Shown here piece after piece: positions 14,101-24,821 of a DNA stretch of 64,000 nucleotides (position 1 is the stretch's first letter; each line of letters begins with the position of its first letter). Source of the DNA: Balanoglossus misakiensis (lineage: Eukaryota; Animalia; Hemichordata); the NCBI GenBank assembly GCA_040954595.2, contig CM082589.2, positions 10,614,894 to 10,678,893 of the forward strand, written 5' to 3'. The notes under the pieces are model-generated. The model was not told where the DNA came from and searched no databases. It saw only the letters and a list, made by a program, of their open reading frames with translations. Made by a program: the position numbers and the translations under genes.

Positions 14101-14317
14101 CCAAGTATTTATATGAATTGCATTTAGCTTTGTAATTACAGGATTTAAAAAGTGGGCGTGGCTTAAAACGTTAATTAAAAAAAATGCTCAAGGGTGCCAA
14201 GGTGGCATCAACCTGATTCCTTATCAGTACCCCTTCAACTATCATTTTCTGCAAAAAAATTGCATTTGTACCGTACTTCACGCTTATGCCAATTTTGGGG
14301 TCAGTTCTACTTGACTA
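8171..14317 (-). mobile_element. AcademX DNA transposon, apparently full length
   Basis: TAG...CTA termini. 3-bp TSD TTT (8168-8170, 14318-14320), confirmed by the uninterrupted opposite host TIR. ~385-bp TIRs (8171-8553 versus 13925-14317). Encodes transposase, XPG-like nuclease and a Cys-rich tail. Confidence 0.9.
8574..13248 (-). CDS. Academ transposase-XPG nuclease polyprotein, 2 exons (13248-11766, 11524-8574), ~1477 aa
   Basis: Intron 11765-11525 (GTAAG...TTTCAG) joins the 540-aa and 965-aa ORFs in frame (VK-E-HRNQP...HVVNTMK). Transposase motifs WCDNFD, SADMQLY, GGMH, RAEREGNW, DQFGEQT. XPG/FEN-like motifs IDG, VFDRY, HEEAD, DDTD, HALTGCD..GKGK. C-terminal CGC..C..CSC..C..CLC cluster. 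Confidence 0.88.
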
Positions 14318-15559
14318 TTTATAGGACATTACACCCCGATTTGGACTAAGCCGTTTTCAGAGTCTAACAAGGGGCTGGTAACTAGTTGAAAATCTGCACG
14401 ATTGTGAGCGCGCGCCCCCTGACGCCATTGATATGCAAATTAGCTAGGTCAAATTTCAAAAGCCTAAGGCTTTTTATTCCGTGACCTCAAAAACGAACTT
14501 GATACGTATTCATTAGTTGCTTGAACCAGGGAAGATCGTGACGGATTTTGTTTTCGAATATTATCGTTGTATCCTACGATTTCAGCATACCCGTACCACA
14601 CCTGAAAAAGTCATCGATTTTGGGTGTTTTTGGACGCACTCTTCCACCGGTATCGCTTCTTAGCACGACGAAAACCGAAAAAACGATCCGTCACACTATG
14701 CGGAAGTGCGTTCTCAACAAGCAGGTCAAATTTGGCTGGCCTACGTCGCCTATGAAAAAAGCCTTAGGGATTTTCGTGAACGGTACAAAATCTCTGTGTA
14801 CAAAACATTGGATATTTAGCGTTCGATCCAGTTACTGTGGTTACAGGACGCGCACGCTATCGGTGACTGCTGCTTTGCCGTATTAGCGTGGCGGCCTATG
14901 GCCGGGCGGTAGCTGCCGTAACCATACTCGGACAGGGGGTGTGCACACAATCGTGCGTATTTTTAACTAGTTACAAGCCCCTTGTCGGACGTTCATAACG
15001 GTTTCGATCAAAATTGAGTGTAGTGTCCTATAAAGGCCCATAGCAACGAGCAAAAAGATCCTAGGGACCCATCTTAACTTGGGTTATATGTTGCTTTGAA
15101 ATGCCAAAAGCAAAGCTGTTATACAGGTCAATGTTGATTTTGTTTTTCTGAGATAATGTATTTGGCAATCATAACACTGTCATTTTGAAGCTCCATTTGT
15201 AATCACATTTACCCACTCTTATAGGAGACGATCACCCAGACATAAAACATTCTCATGACATTTGGCATGCTGCCAAGAACTTGTCAAAGAAGATCATAAA
15301 GGTTAGACAAACTTTTATTCTTGTATTCAGTTTTCATTTATCTTCTAAATATGTGTGACACTGACACATAAAAATGTAAGGGTATAGAATGTTACTAACT
15401 GATCCTTCTATCATTTTGGGTGGGGTGGGTGTCAAACTACCTTTGAAAATAGTTATGGCAATATTCAAATTGTGCAGTTGTTATTTGCATCAGTAAATGT
15501 CACAAACAAGTTCAGGTCTATGGTGAATAGTTATGAACCATCAGTTTATATCAGATCAT

Positions 15560-15713
15560 TGTGATAGTATTGTCATGATCACGTGATTGTCACATGGTCT
15601 GTATACGTGATTTCCTGTAACTGTTAGTTCCCGCGTGGTTGTCATTCAATAAACATCACTTCTGTGGAACTCCGTCGTTGTCGACTGTCAATAACCCCTC
15701 CCCGGACATCACA
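15560..15713 (+). repeat. 5' LTR
   Basis: TGTGATAG...CATCACA with internal AATAAA; matches 20407-20560. Confidence 0.95.
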
Positions 15714-15717
15714 TAAA

Positions 15718-15730
15718 TGGCGACGAGGAT
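15718..15730 (+). promoter_or_regulatory. Primer binding site, probably tRNA-Ser(GCT)
   Basis: TGGCGACGAGGAT, 4 nt after the LTR. Complementary to the tRNA-Ser(GCT) 3' end as I recall it (ATCCTCGTCG-CCA). Confidence 0.75.
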
Positions 15731-15813
15731 TTAGTTGTCTAAATTAACTATCGAAGAACATACGCAAGCAACCTTTACGAGATTTGGTGACTTTTTAGCC
15801 GTGATTTGAGTGC

Positions 15814-17445
15814 ATGAAAATGTCTACACCCGTAACGCTGTCCGGACTGCCAGGAGTGGCGGGATTCGACTGTGAAGGCGAACCGGAGGCTCTTCAGCAA
15901 AGGTGGGAGCGTTGGCTTCAGGAATTTGAACTGTTCGTAGCAGCTTCTGGTGTTTCAAATAATGCGCAGAAGCGTGCCTTACTTTTGCACATGGCTGGAG
16001 CGGGCATCAGAGACATTGTTAGCACTAAATCTGAAGATGAAACTGGTGACGTCACAAACTGCGCAACGTTGATAGCATGTTTGGATAAACACTTTCAACT
16101 GCAGAAAAACGTTCCTATGGCGAGACAGAAGTTTTACAGCGCAACTCCCACGTCCGGGGAGACGGTCGACAGCTACGTAATACGTCTCAAGAACCTACTG
16201 AAAGACTGTGATTTTCCCGAGACGGAAAAAGACAACCAGATAAGAGATCGTGTCTTGCTCTACATCAGCGACAAGGTGCTAAAAAGCAAGCTGTATCGTG
16301 AAAAGAATTTGGACACTACCAAACTACTACAAATCATACGGTCGTATCACGACAAAGATGCACTAGTTTTGGTGTCTGGTACTCAAGCTGTGAGTGCAAA
16401 TGCAGTCAATATTGGCGGTAAACGTACGCGCGCCAAAAACAAAATGGCGGACTTAGCCTGTTTCCGTTGTGGAAGGAAAGGTCACATGCAACGTGAATGT
16501 CGCGCCAGTACAAGTGGTAGTTCTCGCAATGCCGAACAAAAATCCGACCGGTGTTTCCGATGTCAAAAACCGGGACACAGAGCTGCAGACTGTCGTGCTA
16601 AGTGGGAAGACTGTCCGTCTAAAGACAGTGAAAATGGCAACAGTCGAGGCAGTGGTGGTAACCGCAGCGCACGTGGACGTGGCCGTACGCGTGGTGATGG
16701 TCGCGGTACACACAAGGTAGCTCAGACGACTACTGATGCAAACGCCGATGGTGGCCATGCAGACGTCGAGACTGACGAGGAGAAAGCGTACTATGCTTTC
16801 AATGCTGCTTTCCGTGCTTCCAGTGGGAAGGACCTCACTGATACAGGTATTCAGATCGAGAATCAACACGTGCCGGTTATCATCGACAGTGGTGCTACAT
16901 GTAATCTCATTGGTGAAAGACAATTTCGCAGACTTGCTGAAAAGCGTGGTGTGAAAGTTCGAAATTGTAACAATAAAGTGTTTACCTATGGTTCTAGTAA
17001 ACCTTTAGATATATTGGGTAAATGTGCCTTACATGTTGAAGCGCCTACTAAAAAGAAATGTATTGCTGATTTTATAGTGATCAAGGCTGATCAACCGATT
17101 TTGTTGAGTCGGAGTACTTCTGAGAATTTAGATATGTTGAGAGTTGGAAATGTGAATCTGTACACGATAAATTCAATATCTGCTGATAATTCTTCGCCAA
17201 TTCTTGCAGAATTGCGGAGGAAATATCCTGAGGTATTTAATGGGTTGGGTAAGTTAAAGGGCTACAAGCTCCATTTGCATATTGATGAGAGTGTCAAACC
17301 CATAGCCCAGTACCGGCGAATTCCTTTCAACCGCCGTGCTAAAGTTGTTGAAAAAACTCAACGAGCTTCAAAAGCTGGGAGTAATAGAGAAGGTTTCGGG
17401 TCCGACCTCTTGGGTCAACCCCCTTGTAACAGTACAAAAGCCTGA
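15814..17445 (+). CDS. gag: Gag (two CCHC knuckles) plus aspartic protease
   Basis: CFRCGRKGHMQREC, CFRCQKPGHRAADC, IIDSGATCN. Continues into pol across a 1-nt shift at A6 (17351-17356). Confidence 0.9.
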   Translation: MKMSTPVTLSGLPGVAGFDCEGEPEALQQRWERWLQEFELFVAASGVSNNAQKRALLLHMAGAGIRDIVSTKSEDETGDVTNCATLIACLDKHFQLQKNVPMARQKFYSATPTSGETVDSYVIRLKNLLKDCDFPETEKDNQIRDRVLLYISDKVLKSKLYREKNLDTTKLLQIIRSYHDKDALVLVSGTQAVSANAVNIGGKRTRAKNKMADLACFRCGRKGHMQRECRASTSGSSRNAEQKSDRCFRCQKPGHRAADCRAKWEDCPSKDSENGNSRGSGGNRSARGRGRTRGDGRGTHKVAQTTTDANADGGHADVETDEEKAYYAFNAAFRASSGKDLTDTGIQIENQHVPVIIDSGATCNLIGERQFRRLAEKRGVKVRNCNNKVFTYGSSKPLDILGKCALHVEAPTKKKCIADFIVIKADQPILLSRSTSENLDMLRVGNVNLYTINSISADNSSPILAELRRKYPEVFNGLGKLKGYKLHLHIDESVKPIAQYRRIPFNRRAKVVEKTQRASKAGSNREGFGSDLLGQPPCNSTKA

Positions 17446-19933
17446 TGGGGATATCAGACTATGTCTGGACATGAGAAAAGCAAATCAAGCCATTGTTAGG
17501 GAAAGACACCCTGTTCCCACCATGGATGAAACGCTAGAGGAAATTTCAGGGGCCAAGGTATTTTGCAAGCTTGATATGAATATGGCTTTCCATCAAATTG
17601 AGCTCGATGAAAAGAGCAGGGATATTACAACCTTTTCAGGGCCCAACTCTTTGTATCGCTACAAGCGTTTAGTTTTTGGTGTGAACATGGCGACTGAAAA
17701 GTTTCAAAATCTAATTAGCCAGGTTTTGAAGGGCTGTGAGGGTGCCCACAACATGCATGATGATATTAGAGTAGTAGCTGAAAATTATGAGCAGCTGCAT
17801 GCCAGAGTTGGGAAAGTGATCAAGCGTTTTAGTGAGCATGGTTTAACGCTGAACTTTACAAAATGTAAGCTAGGAGACAGTATGATATTCATGGGTCACT
17901 TGATGACGGCCCAGGGTATGAAACTCACTGATGAGAAGGTCAAAGCTATTGTAAAAGCTCGAACGCCAACTGACAAATCAGAATTGAGAAGTTTCTTTGG
18001 GCTGGCTCAATTTTGCTCAAAATATGTCGATAAATTTGCAACAGTGACAAGCCCACTGTGGGATTTGACTCGCAAAGATGCAAAGTGGAAATGGCTTCCC
18101 AAGCATGAGAAAGTATTCAATCTCATCAAACATAAATTGACCACAAGTCCATTCATGGCTTATTTCAAGCAGGGTGCTAAAACTCGAGTCACTTCTGATG
18201 CATCGCCCGTTGGTGTTGGAGCAATCCTTGAACAAATGCAAAGTAATGGTTCATATCAACCAGTGTACTATGTTAGCAGAAAGCTTACACATGTTGAGTC
18301 GAGGTACTCTCAGTTTGAGCGAGAGGCGCTTGGAGTTAAATGGGCATGTGAGAAACTTCAGCAGTTTCTGCTAGGCAGTCATTTTGAGGTCAGAACTGAC
18401 CATAAGCCTTTATTGAAAGTATTCAGCCCTAACTCCAGGCCCCCTTCAGCTAGAATTGAGAGATGGCTGTTATATATGCAACAATTTGATTATCATATCA
18501 CCCATATCAAGGGAAAGAATAATTATGCGGACATGTTGAGTAGATTGCCCGTGGACGAACCATCTGACAACTATTGTAGAGAGACTGAAGATTTTGCATG
18601 TAGTGTTGTTTTAGAGGCTATGCCATCTGCTATCACCCCACGTGATATTGAGAGAGAATCTGCAAAAGACCAGAGCTTGCAATTGGTTGAAAAGTGTATT
18701 ACCTCTGCAAATTGGTCAAAATTGAAGTCTTCACCCTATTGGCATGTGAAAGACGAATTATGGTTGTATGGCAGATTGATCATGCGTGGTAACAGATTGG
18801 TTGTTCCTCAAGTTTTGCAAAGAAAAATCTTGAAAATTGCACACCAGGGTCATCAGGGAATTGTGAGGACAAAGGCTCGTTTACGTGACAGAGTTTGGTG
18901 GCCAGGAATGGACAGGGATGTGGAAAAACTGATACGATCCTGTCATCCATGTCAATTGGTCAGTGCCAGGCCAAACCCAGAGCCATTATTACCCACACAG
19001 TTACCTGAAGGACCATGGTTCGATTTAGCAGTTGATCTTTTGGATGTATGTGATGGTGAGAAATTACTAGTGGTAACTGATTTATACTCTAGATGGCCTG
19101 AAGTAGTTTTGTTAAAGAAAACAGATGCTGCCCATGTCATAAAAGCCATGGAAGCTATGTTTCTTACACATGGGTTGCCTTACTGTGTCAAATCAGACAA
19201 TGGTCCACCTTTTACCTCAGCCGAGTTTGAAGGTTTCCTTGATTACTTAGGTATTGATCATGAATATTCCATTCCATACTGGCCTCAGAGCAATGGAAGT
19301 GTTGAGAGGCTGAATGAAATAATTTTGAAGTCTGTACGAATTGCTAAATTGCAAAAGAAAAGTTGGTACAAAGATTTGACACATTTTCTATTTGAATATA
19401 GAAATACACCCCATACTGTGACAGGCATATCTCCTGCTATGGCTCTGATGGGAAGAGAGTTTAGGGACAAAATTCCTAGACTGAGAATTCCATCCCAAAC
19501 AATCAATGAGTCTGATTGGCAAATCAAAATGAGAGAAAGAAACAACAGAATGAAAATGAAACAAAAGTTCTATGCCGACAACAGGAGACATGCCACTTCC
19601 TCAGATATCAGGGAAGGTGATACTGTTTTGCTCCAGCAAGCATTTAGGCAAAACAAACTCACTCCCAATTTCGAGACAGAACCATACAAAGTCATCCAGA
19701 AAGATGGAGGTGCGTTAGTATTGGAAAACTCCAAAGGTGTAAAAAGAAGGTCCACTGGACATGTAAAGAAATATGTTGAGGAATATCCAGAATTTTCCTT
19801 CCAGGGCACTGAATGGAACTCCAAACATTTGACATATGAACAACCTCAAAGGGTTCAAAATGGTGTTCCATCCTGTAACCCCCATATCCATGATTTGTCT
19901 ACACATAACAACCTGGATAACTTGCCAGTATAA
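17336..19933 (+). CDS. pol: Pol: reverse transcriptase, RNase H, integrase
   Basis: LCLDMR, KLDMNMAFHQ, MHDD (YxDD position), DASPVG, EREALG, TDHKPL, H-H/C-C zinc finger, SDNGPPF, VERLN. Confidence 0.93.
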   Translation: MLKLLKKLNELQKLGVIEKVSGPTSWVNPLVTVQKPDGDIRLCLDMRKANQAIVRERHPVPTMDETLEEISGAKVFCKLDMNMAFHQIELDEKSRDITTFSGPNSLYRYKRLVFGVNMATEKFQNLISQVLKGCEGAHNMHDDIRVVAENYEQLHARVGKVIKRFSEHGLTLNFTKCKLGDSMIFMGHLMTAQGMKLTDEKVKAIVKARTPTDKSELRSFFGLAQFCSKYVDKFATVTSPLWDLTRKDAKWKWLPKHEKVFNLIKHKLTTSPFMAYFKQGAKTRVTSDASPVGVGAILEQMQSNGSYQPVYYVSRKLTHVESRYSQFEREALGVKWACEKLQQFLLGSHFEVRTDHKPLLKVFSPNSRPPSARIERWLLYMQQFDYHITHIKGKNNYADMLSRLPVDEPSDNYCRETEDFACSVVLEAMPSAITPRDIERESAKDQSLQLVEKCITSANWSKLKSSPYWHVKDELWLYGRLIMRGNRLVVPQVLQRKILKIAHQGHQGIVRTKARLRDRVWWPGMDRDVEKLIRSCHPCQLVSARPNPEPLLPTQLPEGPWFDLAVDLLDVCDGEKLLVVTDLYSRWPEVVLLKKTDAAHVIKAMEAMFLTHGLPYCVKSDNGPPFTSAEFEGFLDYLGIDHEYSIPYWPQSNGSVERLNEIILKSVRIAKLQKKSWYKDLTHFLFEYRNTPHTVTGISPAMALMGREFRDKIPRLRIPSQTINESDWQIKMRERNNRMKMKQKFYADNRRHATSSDIREGDTVLLQQAFRQNKLTPNFETEPYKVIQKDGGALVLENSKGVKRRSTGHVKKYVEEYPEFSFQGTEWNSKHLTYEQPQRVQNGVPSCNPHIHDLSTHNNLDNLPV

Positions 19934-20393
19934 CCCGTCTGTTCTAGTCAGAAATCAACTGGACCAGCATGTCCTAGTCCTGTTTCACCTACTGGTACAG
20001 CATCGTTGGAAACGATTGTAAATGTTCCTCCAACAATGCCAGTGACAAATTCACCTAAGACAAATGTAAACCCCAATAGTACTGATGTGAGACGCTCAAC
20101 AAGAATAAAATCTAAACCTCCTTGGCACAAAGACTATTGCATGCCAGAAGGATAGATTATATTGACATAAGACTGTCCACAAACATTATGGAATGAGTTT
20201 CTGTAGAGCAAATTTTCTCTTGGAGATTTGTATTTTCCTAGTTATGAAGTTCTCAAGTTCTTGTTAAGGTTAAGGTTCTGTTTGTTTTCGTTTGTTAGAA
20301 CATGATCATTCACAAAGCATTACAATTTGACAGTGTTGGCAAATTTCATACTTTCCAAAGCGAGTTGTAAACTTAAAGTACAAGTTTTCTTCT

Positions 20394-20406
20394 AAAGTTG
20401 AGGAGA
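20394..20406 (+). promoter_or_regulatory. Polypurine tract
   Basis: aaagttgaggaga immediately before the 3' LTR. Confidence 0.6.
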
Positions 20407-20560
20407 TGTGATAGTATTGTCATGATCACGTGATTGTCACATGGTCTGTATACGTGATTTCCTGTAACTGTTAGTTCCCGCGTGGTTGTCATTCAATAAA
20501 CATCACTTCTGTGGAACTCCGTCGTTGTCGACTGTCAATAACCCCTCCCCGGACATCACA
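20407..20560 (+). repeat. 3' LTR
   Basis: Identical to 15560-15713, followed by the TSD ATCAT. Confidence 0.95.
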
Positions 20561-21314
20561 ATCATGAGTGTATTCTGTGTTTTTTTAAGGCTGCACAAAA
20601 CAAAGAGTGCAAACCACTGCTGAAATGGGTGACCCACATTGTGAACCACTTTTGGTATTGTTGTCAAAAAGCATCAGATATGGACAAGTTTCTGGTAAGT
20701 ATTACTTATCATCAGCTAGCCTAGATGTTAAAATGTGTGATACTATAGAGACTTCTTAGGGTAATCTTAAAAATTAATATTTGATAATAAATATTGAGAC
20801 ATGTTTTAACATTCAATTGGATTGGTTGCTGCTGTTTTGCTGTGCATTGAACATGTCATAGTTCATGTTATTGCAATAGTGATTTATGGGATTGTAAACT
20901 TTACTAGGGCAGAGAATAAGTACCCCTGGCCCTTGCTAGGGCAGAGAATTGGTACCCCTGGTTAATACTTGGCAAAAAGCAATTTTATTTTACATTGCTA
21001 ATGAAATGGTGACACTGAATCTGATTCTTTGCATCAGGGTAAATGGCGATGCAAGCTTGATGATGCATCCCGGTAGATAGTGATGCAAACACTTCACTTT
21101 GACATGGGTATTAAATGCATGTGGGGATTAAAAGTTGACTGAAAATCCCTGGGTTAATACAAGTCCAAAAGCACTGAAATTTGACATAGCTAATACAATG
21201 GTGACATTGAATGTGATTCTTTGCATTAGGGGAAATGGCGTAGCAAGCCTAATGATGCATCAGTGTAGATGGTGATCCAAGCTCTGCGCTTTGGCATACG
21301 TATTTAATGCATGT

Positions 21315-21445
21315 GCATGGGTATTTAATGTTGAATGTAAATTCCCAGGTTAATATATGCATGGGTATTTAATGTTGAATGTAAATTCCCAGGTTAATAT
21401 ATGCATGGGTATTTAATGTTGACTGTAAATCCCTAGGTTAATACA
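21315..21445 (+). repeat. 44-bp tandem repeat x3 within a cluster of local duplications (~20900-21600)
   Basis: gcatgggtatttaatgttgaatgtaaattcccaggttaatatat at 21315, 21359 and 21403. Confidence 0.8.
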
Positions 21446-21599
21446 TGGCCATAAGTACTGTAAGGGGTAGATGGTGATGCAAGCTCTGCACTTTGACATG
21501 GGGATTAAATGCATGCTGAGGGGGATTTTAAGTTGTCTGTAAATCCCCAGGTTGATATGTGGCCAAAAGCACTGTAATTTGACATTGCTAATGATGGTG

Positions 21600-23357
21600 A
21601 GCTGTACTCCCCAGGGAGTTGAATGGAATGTTTAGGTCCAACGACCTAGGTCAAATGACCATGGAACAACTTTAAAGCATGTTGAGATTTAATGTGCTAC
21701 ATAAGTTATAAATATTATATTAATATTATTACATAAACAACACTCTTACCTAGCTAAGGAAGTGGTCAGGTGAAAAATATTTGCAGAGCTGACCAATTAT
21801 TTAAGGAATATTAAAGTTGGGTAATTTGGACGTATTCATACGGGTGTTGGTCAATGGAAAGTCCTTTGTTCATTTTCAAAATGGCAACCAAAAATGCGAA
21901 CAAAACACACTGAATTATGTACGGGATATTGGTGTTGCCTAATTTGCGTGTTTCCACATTTACTTAAACTCTCACAGGGAGACAAATGTCACAGCAAACG
22001 GAAAAATGACTATGCTACACACAACACTTTTATTGATCATGGAAAATGTTCATGAGAATTGTGTTATGGTACTTTTCGGGGCTCACGACCTGTGTTATAG
22101 GAAATCTGACAAGGAATCCAAACTGTACCACATACACAACACTTTAATTAAGCATGGGAAATGGTCCTGAGAACAATATTCTCAGAGTTGACAAACTGTG
22201 TTATCTGCGTTATATTGATGTTGTCTAATTTACACGCCTGTACATTTATTTATACTCTGACTTTGAGCTTAATAAGGCAGCGCCTGCTAAGGTCAATTTC
22301 CCACGTACACTTTTAATTAGCATAGATAATGATCATGATAACTTCATTTTCAGAGCTGACAAACTGTGTTATGTGAAATTCATGTTGCCTATTTCATGAT
22401 AATGGCTTGTGGTACACAAGGGTTAACAGCAATCAGCAATTGCTTGTATGATAGGTATAATGATCGATTTACAAATTTCAATGGTATAATAATGGGCAAC
22501 ACATGTGGAAGTGTTTAATAAACAGTTAACTGATGTGGTGATGGTTTGTGGTAAAATTGAGGGTACACAGATTATAATGGGCAAAACAATGAATATAATA
22601 GAGGTTGATGATGGTGAATGGTTTCATATGAATGGTGTAATAAAGGTTAACAAATGTGGTGATAGCTTTGGTGTACAGGGCTGTTCATATCTTTAGTAAT
22701 GACAAAGGTATAATAGTGATAAAAGCTTAAATAAGTGTTAGGGCACAATCTTCATGATGGTTCATTCATTGGTTAATGTGTATATTTTATTAATATCATG
22801 CTATTGTTTATCAGTTAGATCATAATCAGGGTTTTTCCATGCACATAGTCATCATGAATCAGCGGAATTCTTCTGAATAGTACCTGTGATCATTTTTGCG
22901 CACCGACGCATTGTACGCGACAGACATGCAGAAAATATTAACATGTAACTCACAGGCATAGTGTTAAATCTAAACGACTATATGTTAGATAAGCTTTACC
23001 TCCCCACCCCATCAAAATTCCAAATTTAGCTTGATGTGACGTTTTCGGGTAGTACCAATTCGGAAACTTTCATGGTTCATTCATTGAACCAAATATTGGA
23101 TTTGACACACTGTGTCTTGGGTGGGTAAAGCATGGTGAAATGTTGGCAGTAAACTTTAACCAGACAGGTCACATGAAAGGAAGATTTTATCATTTGAGTT
23201 CGATGGCATACATGATAAGATATGTCAGTTCTGACACCATTTTTGCAGACGTAGATGCTGATGTATTTTTTCCATTGGACACAATACTCAAAGTCCAGTC
23301 TGTGTTTAAAATGATACCCTGGTCACACACAGTGAGAAATGTCAGCCTTTGACTTAA
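21600..23357 (+). repeat. Locally duplicated segment, copy 2 (lacks the Kolobok insertion)
   Basis: Matches 530-2118, with ~170 extra bp near 22205-22375. Ends at the empty TTAA site. Confidence 0.85.
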
Positions 23358-23639
23358 TTATCTAATTTATGCATTGTTAACAATGCACTGTGACATTTAC
23401 TGCATGTATTTTTCCCACTGTGGAAACTTACTATGATTTGAATACATGTTCCCTAATGGGGTGTTAAAGGATACAGTAGGATCTGTTTCGGTAGCAAATA
23501 TGACACTGTTTTCAACATATTTGACTGGTGGCAATATGTGGTTTTACGTTGGTATCCATCATGTAACTCAGATCACCTATATGAAGCTCCATAGTAAATT
23601 TCACAGAAGTCGGCTGATCAATTCCAGAAAAGTAGATTT

Positions 23640-24045
23640 TTTACCAAAAATGTGGAAAAAGACAAAAAAATGCATAACAAGTAGAAAATTCACACTATTA
23701 GCTTAAAACATACAGAAATGTGTGAGGCTAATATAAGGTACTATCATACCATTTTTTCAAATCAACATGACCAGGACTTGTCGTGTTTCTGAGTTTTGAC
23801 CAAATTAAGGTTTTCCCAGCTAATTTGTATATATTTTTGGCAATGACAACTTCGTTTGAACAAACTCCCATCTACAGCCTAGCATGCATCTACACACCAA
23901 ATATCGAGGTTATTGGCGCAACGGTTTTCAAGTGTTTGATGTGTACGGACATACATCCATCTATCCGTCCATATGTCCATACATACATACAGACGCAACC
24001 AAATCCATAAGGTCCCACTGTATATACCTATACAAATGGGACCAA
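23640..24045. mobile_element. Fragment of a non-autonomous Helentron-like element (same family as 59316-60810); left boundary approximate
   Basis: Shares caaactcccatctacagcc, the ACAT/CCAT microsatellite and the terminal GGTCCCA...TGGGACC hairpin. Confidence 0.65.
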
Positions 24046-24821
24046 ATAAAACACACAAAAAATAACACTTAACATCTTACAGTGCAGGGCCTTGCTAGTT
24101 GATGTGGTACAATTCTATCATATCACTTCACAGCTGGTAGCCAAGGGCAGTGTTTGCACAGAGGAGCCTCCTGAATGTCTTCGCTCGTTCACACCTCTTC
24201 AGTGATAATGTCTGGATTACATTGACATGAAACTGTTTGTTCAGTAGTGTTTCAACTGCCAGCTACCTGGGTTCATTTTACACCCAAACACTGAAAATAT
24301 TGTAGCAGTCAATAATATAACCTACACACTGTGTGAAATTCACCATGTTCTAAAGTAATGTTGATGTCTAATGTGCATTGTGACTTACAGGGCATGCACG
24401 GCTAAAGCTTGTCGAAAGTTGACAAAGCAAAAGACCAGACCAGTTGCCTGTTTTAAAATGTGCTTCATTCCAAGGACCTTGGCGATGAGTCATGAATTGG
24501 GGAACGTTCATGAGACCCATTTTTTTTCACTGGACCAGCACATTTAATGATATGACCTTGAAATTGAACTGTTCCCAGGAGCTACTGAGAGTTGCCTTGT
24601 TTCACCCCCAAGTTACTACCTGGGGTTTTTACAATGTCGACAGTAGTTCCAAAAAAAAAACGTTGTACTTTTATGAATAATCGATTAGGGTAGATTTATT
24701 CATGGTAGTAAAACTTTTTGGCCTGCAGTTGCCAAACAAAGACAATTACAAGTAAGGGACTGGACGTAAACTACCAGGGGAAGCGCAGGGAAATTGACGA
24801 AAGCGATGGCCTCAAATTAAT

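Larger units (their letters stand above)
8129..15073. mobile_element. Non-autonomous TTAA element (~0.8 kb without its insert) in intron 9, interrupted by AcademX
   Basis: TTAA at 8125-8128 and 15074-15077. TIR GATGGGTCCCTAGGATCTTTTTGC(C/T)CGTTGCTATGGGCCTTTATAGG. The left TIR resumes at 14321 after the insert, and the imperfect arm extends to ~130 bp. Confidence 0.85.
15560..20560 (+). mobile_element. Gypsy/Ty3 LTR retrotransposon, Mag-like, full length and recent, in intron 10
   Basis: 154-bp LTRs that read identical, TG...CA ends, 5-bp TSD ATCAT (15555-15559, 20561-20565), PBS, PPT, gag-PR-RT-RH-IN order. Confidence 0.95.
2411..20694 (+). pseudogene. Kolobok-type DDE transposase, 11 exons: 2411-2625, 3235-3345, 3602-3727, 5062-5175, 6049-6102, 6379-6477, 6716-7012, 7297-7579, 7868-8104, 15225-15301, 20590-20694. 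C-terminal exons are missing.
   Basis: All junctions are GT-AG and phase-compatible. Motifs: W-ECSAGH...WCSQP, GDGRMDSPGFCAQYCTYT, STNMEK, VVTDAH, HDIWHAAKN, IVNHFWYC. One 1-nt frameshift in the T-run at 6888-6895. The exon with the third catalytic residue was not found. Confidence 0.8.
2119..20700 (+). mobile_element. Kolobok-like autonomous DNA transposon, 3'-truncated (right end not found; end coordinate approximate)
   Basis: TTAA at 2115-2118, then AGGGACAAAGTCTCTCT, the same terminus as the MITEs. The paralogous copy at 23350-23362 reads gacTTAAttatc, the empty site. Contains a spliced DDE transposase gene. Confidence 0.75.

Noticed and set aside
17341-17360. Programmed ribosomal frameshift between gag and pol
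   Set aside because: It lies downstream of the protease at the start of RT, and removing one A gives a continuous polyprotein. A mutation or sequencing error is more likely, though a programmed shift is not excluded.
21038-21080. Possible next Kolobok exon (GKWR...)
   Set aside because: It reaches a stop within 13 codons and is part of a local duplication repeated at ~21230.
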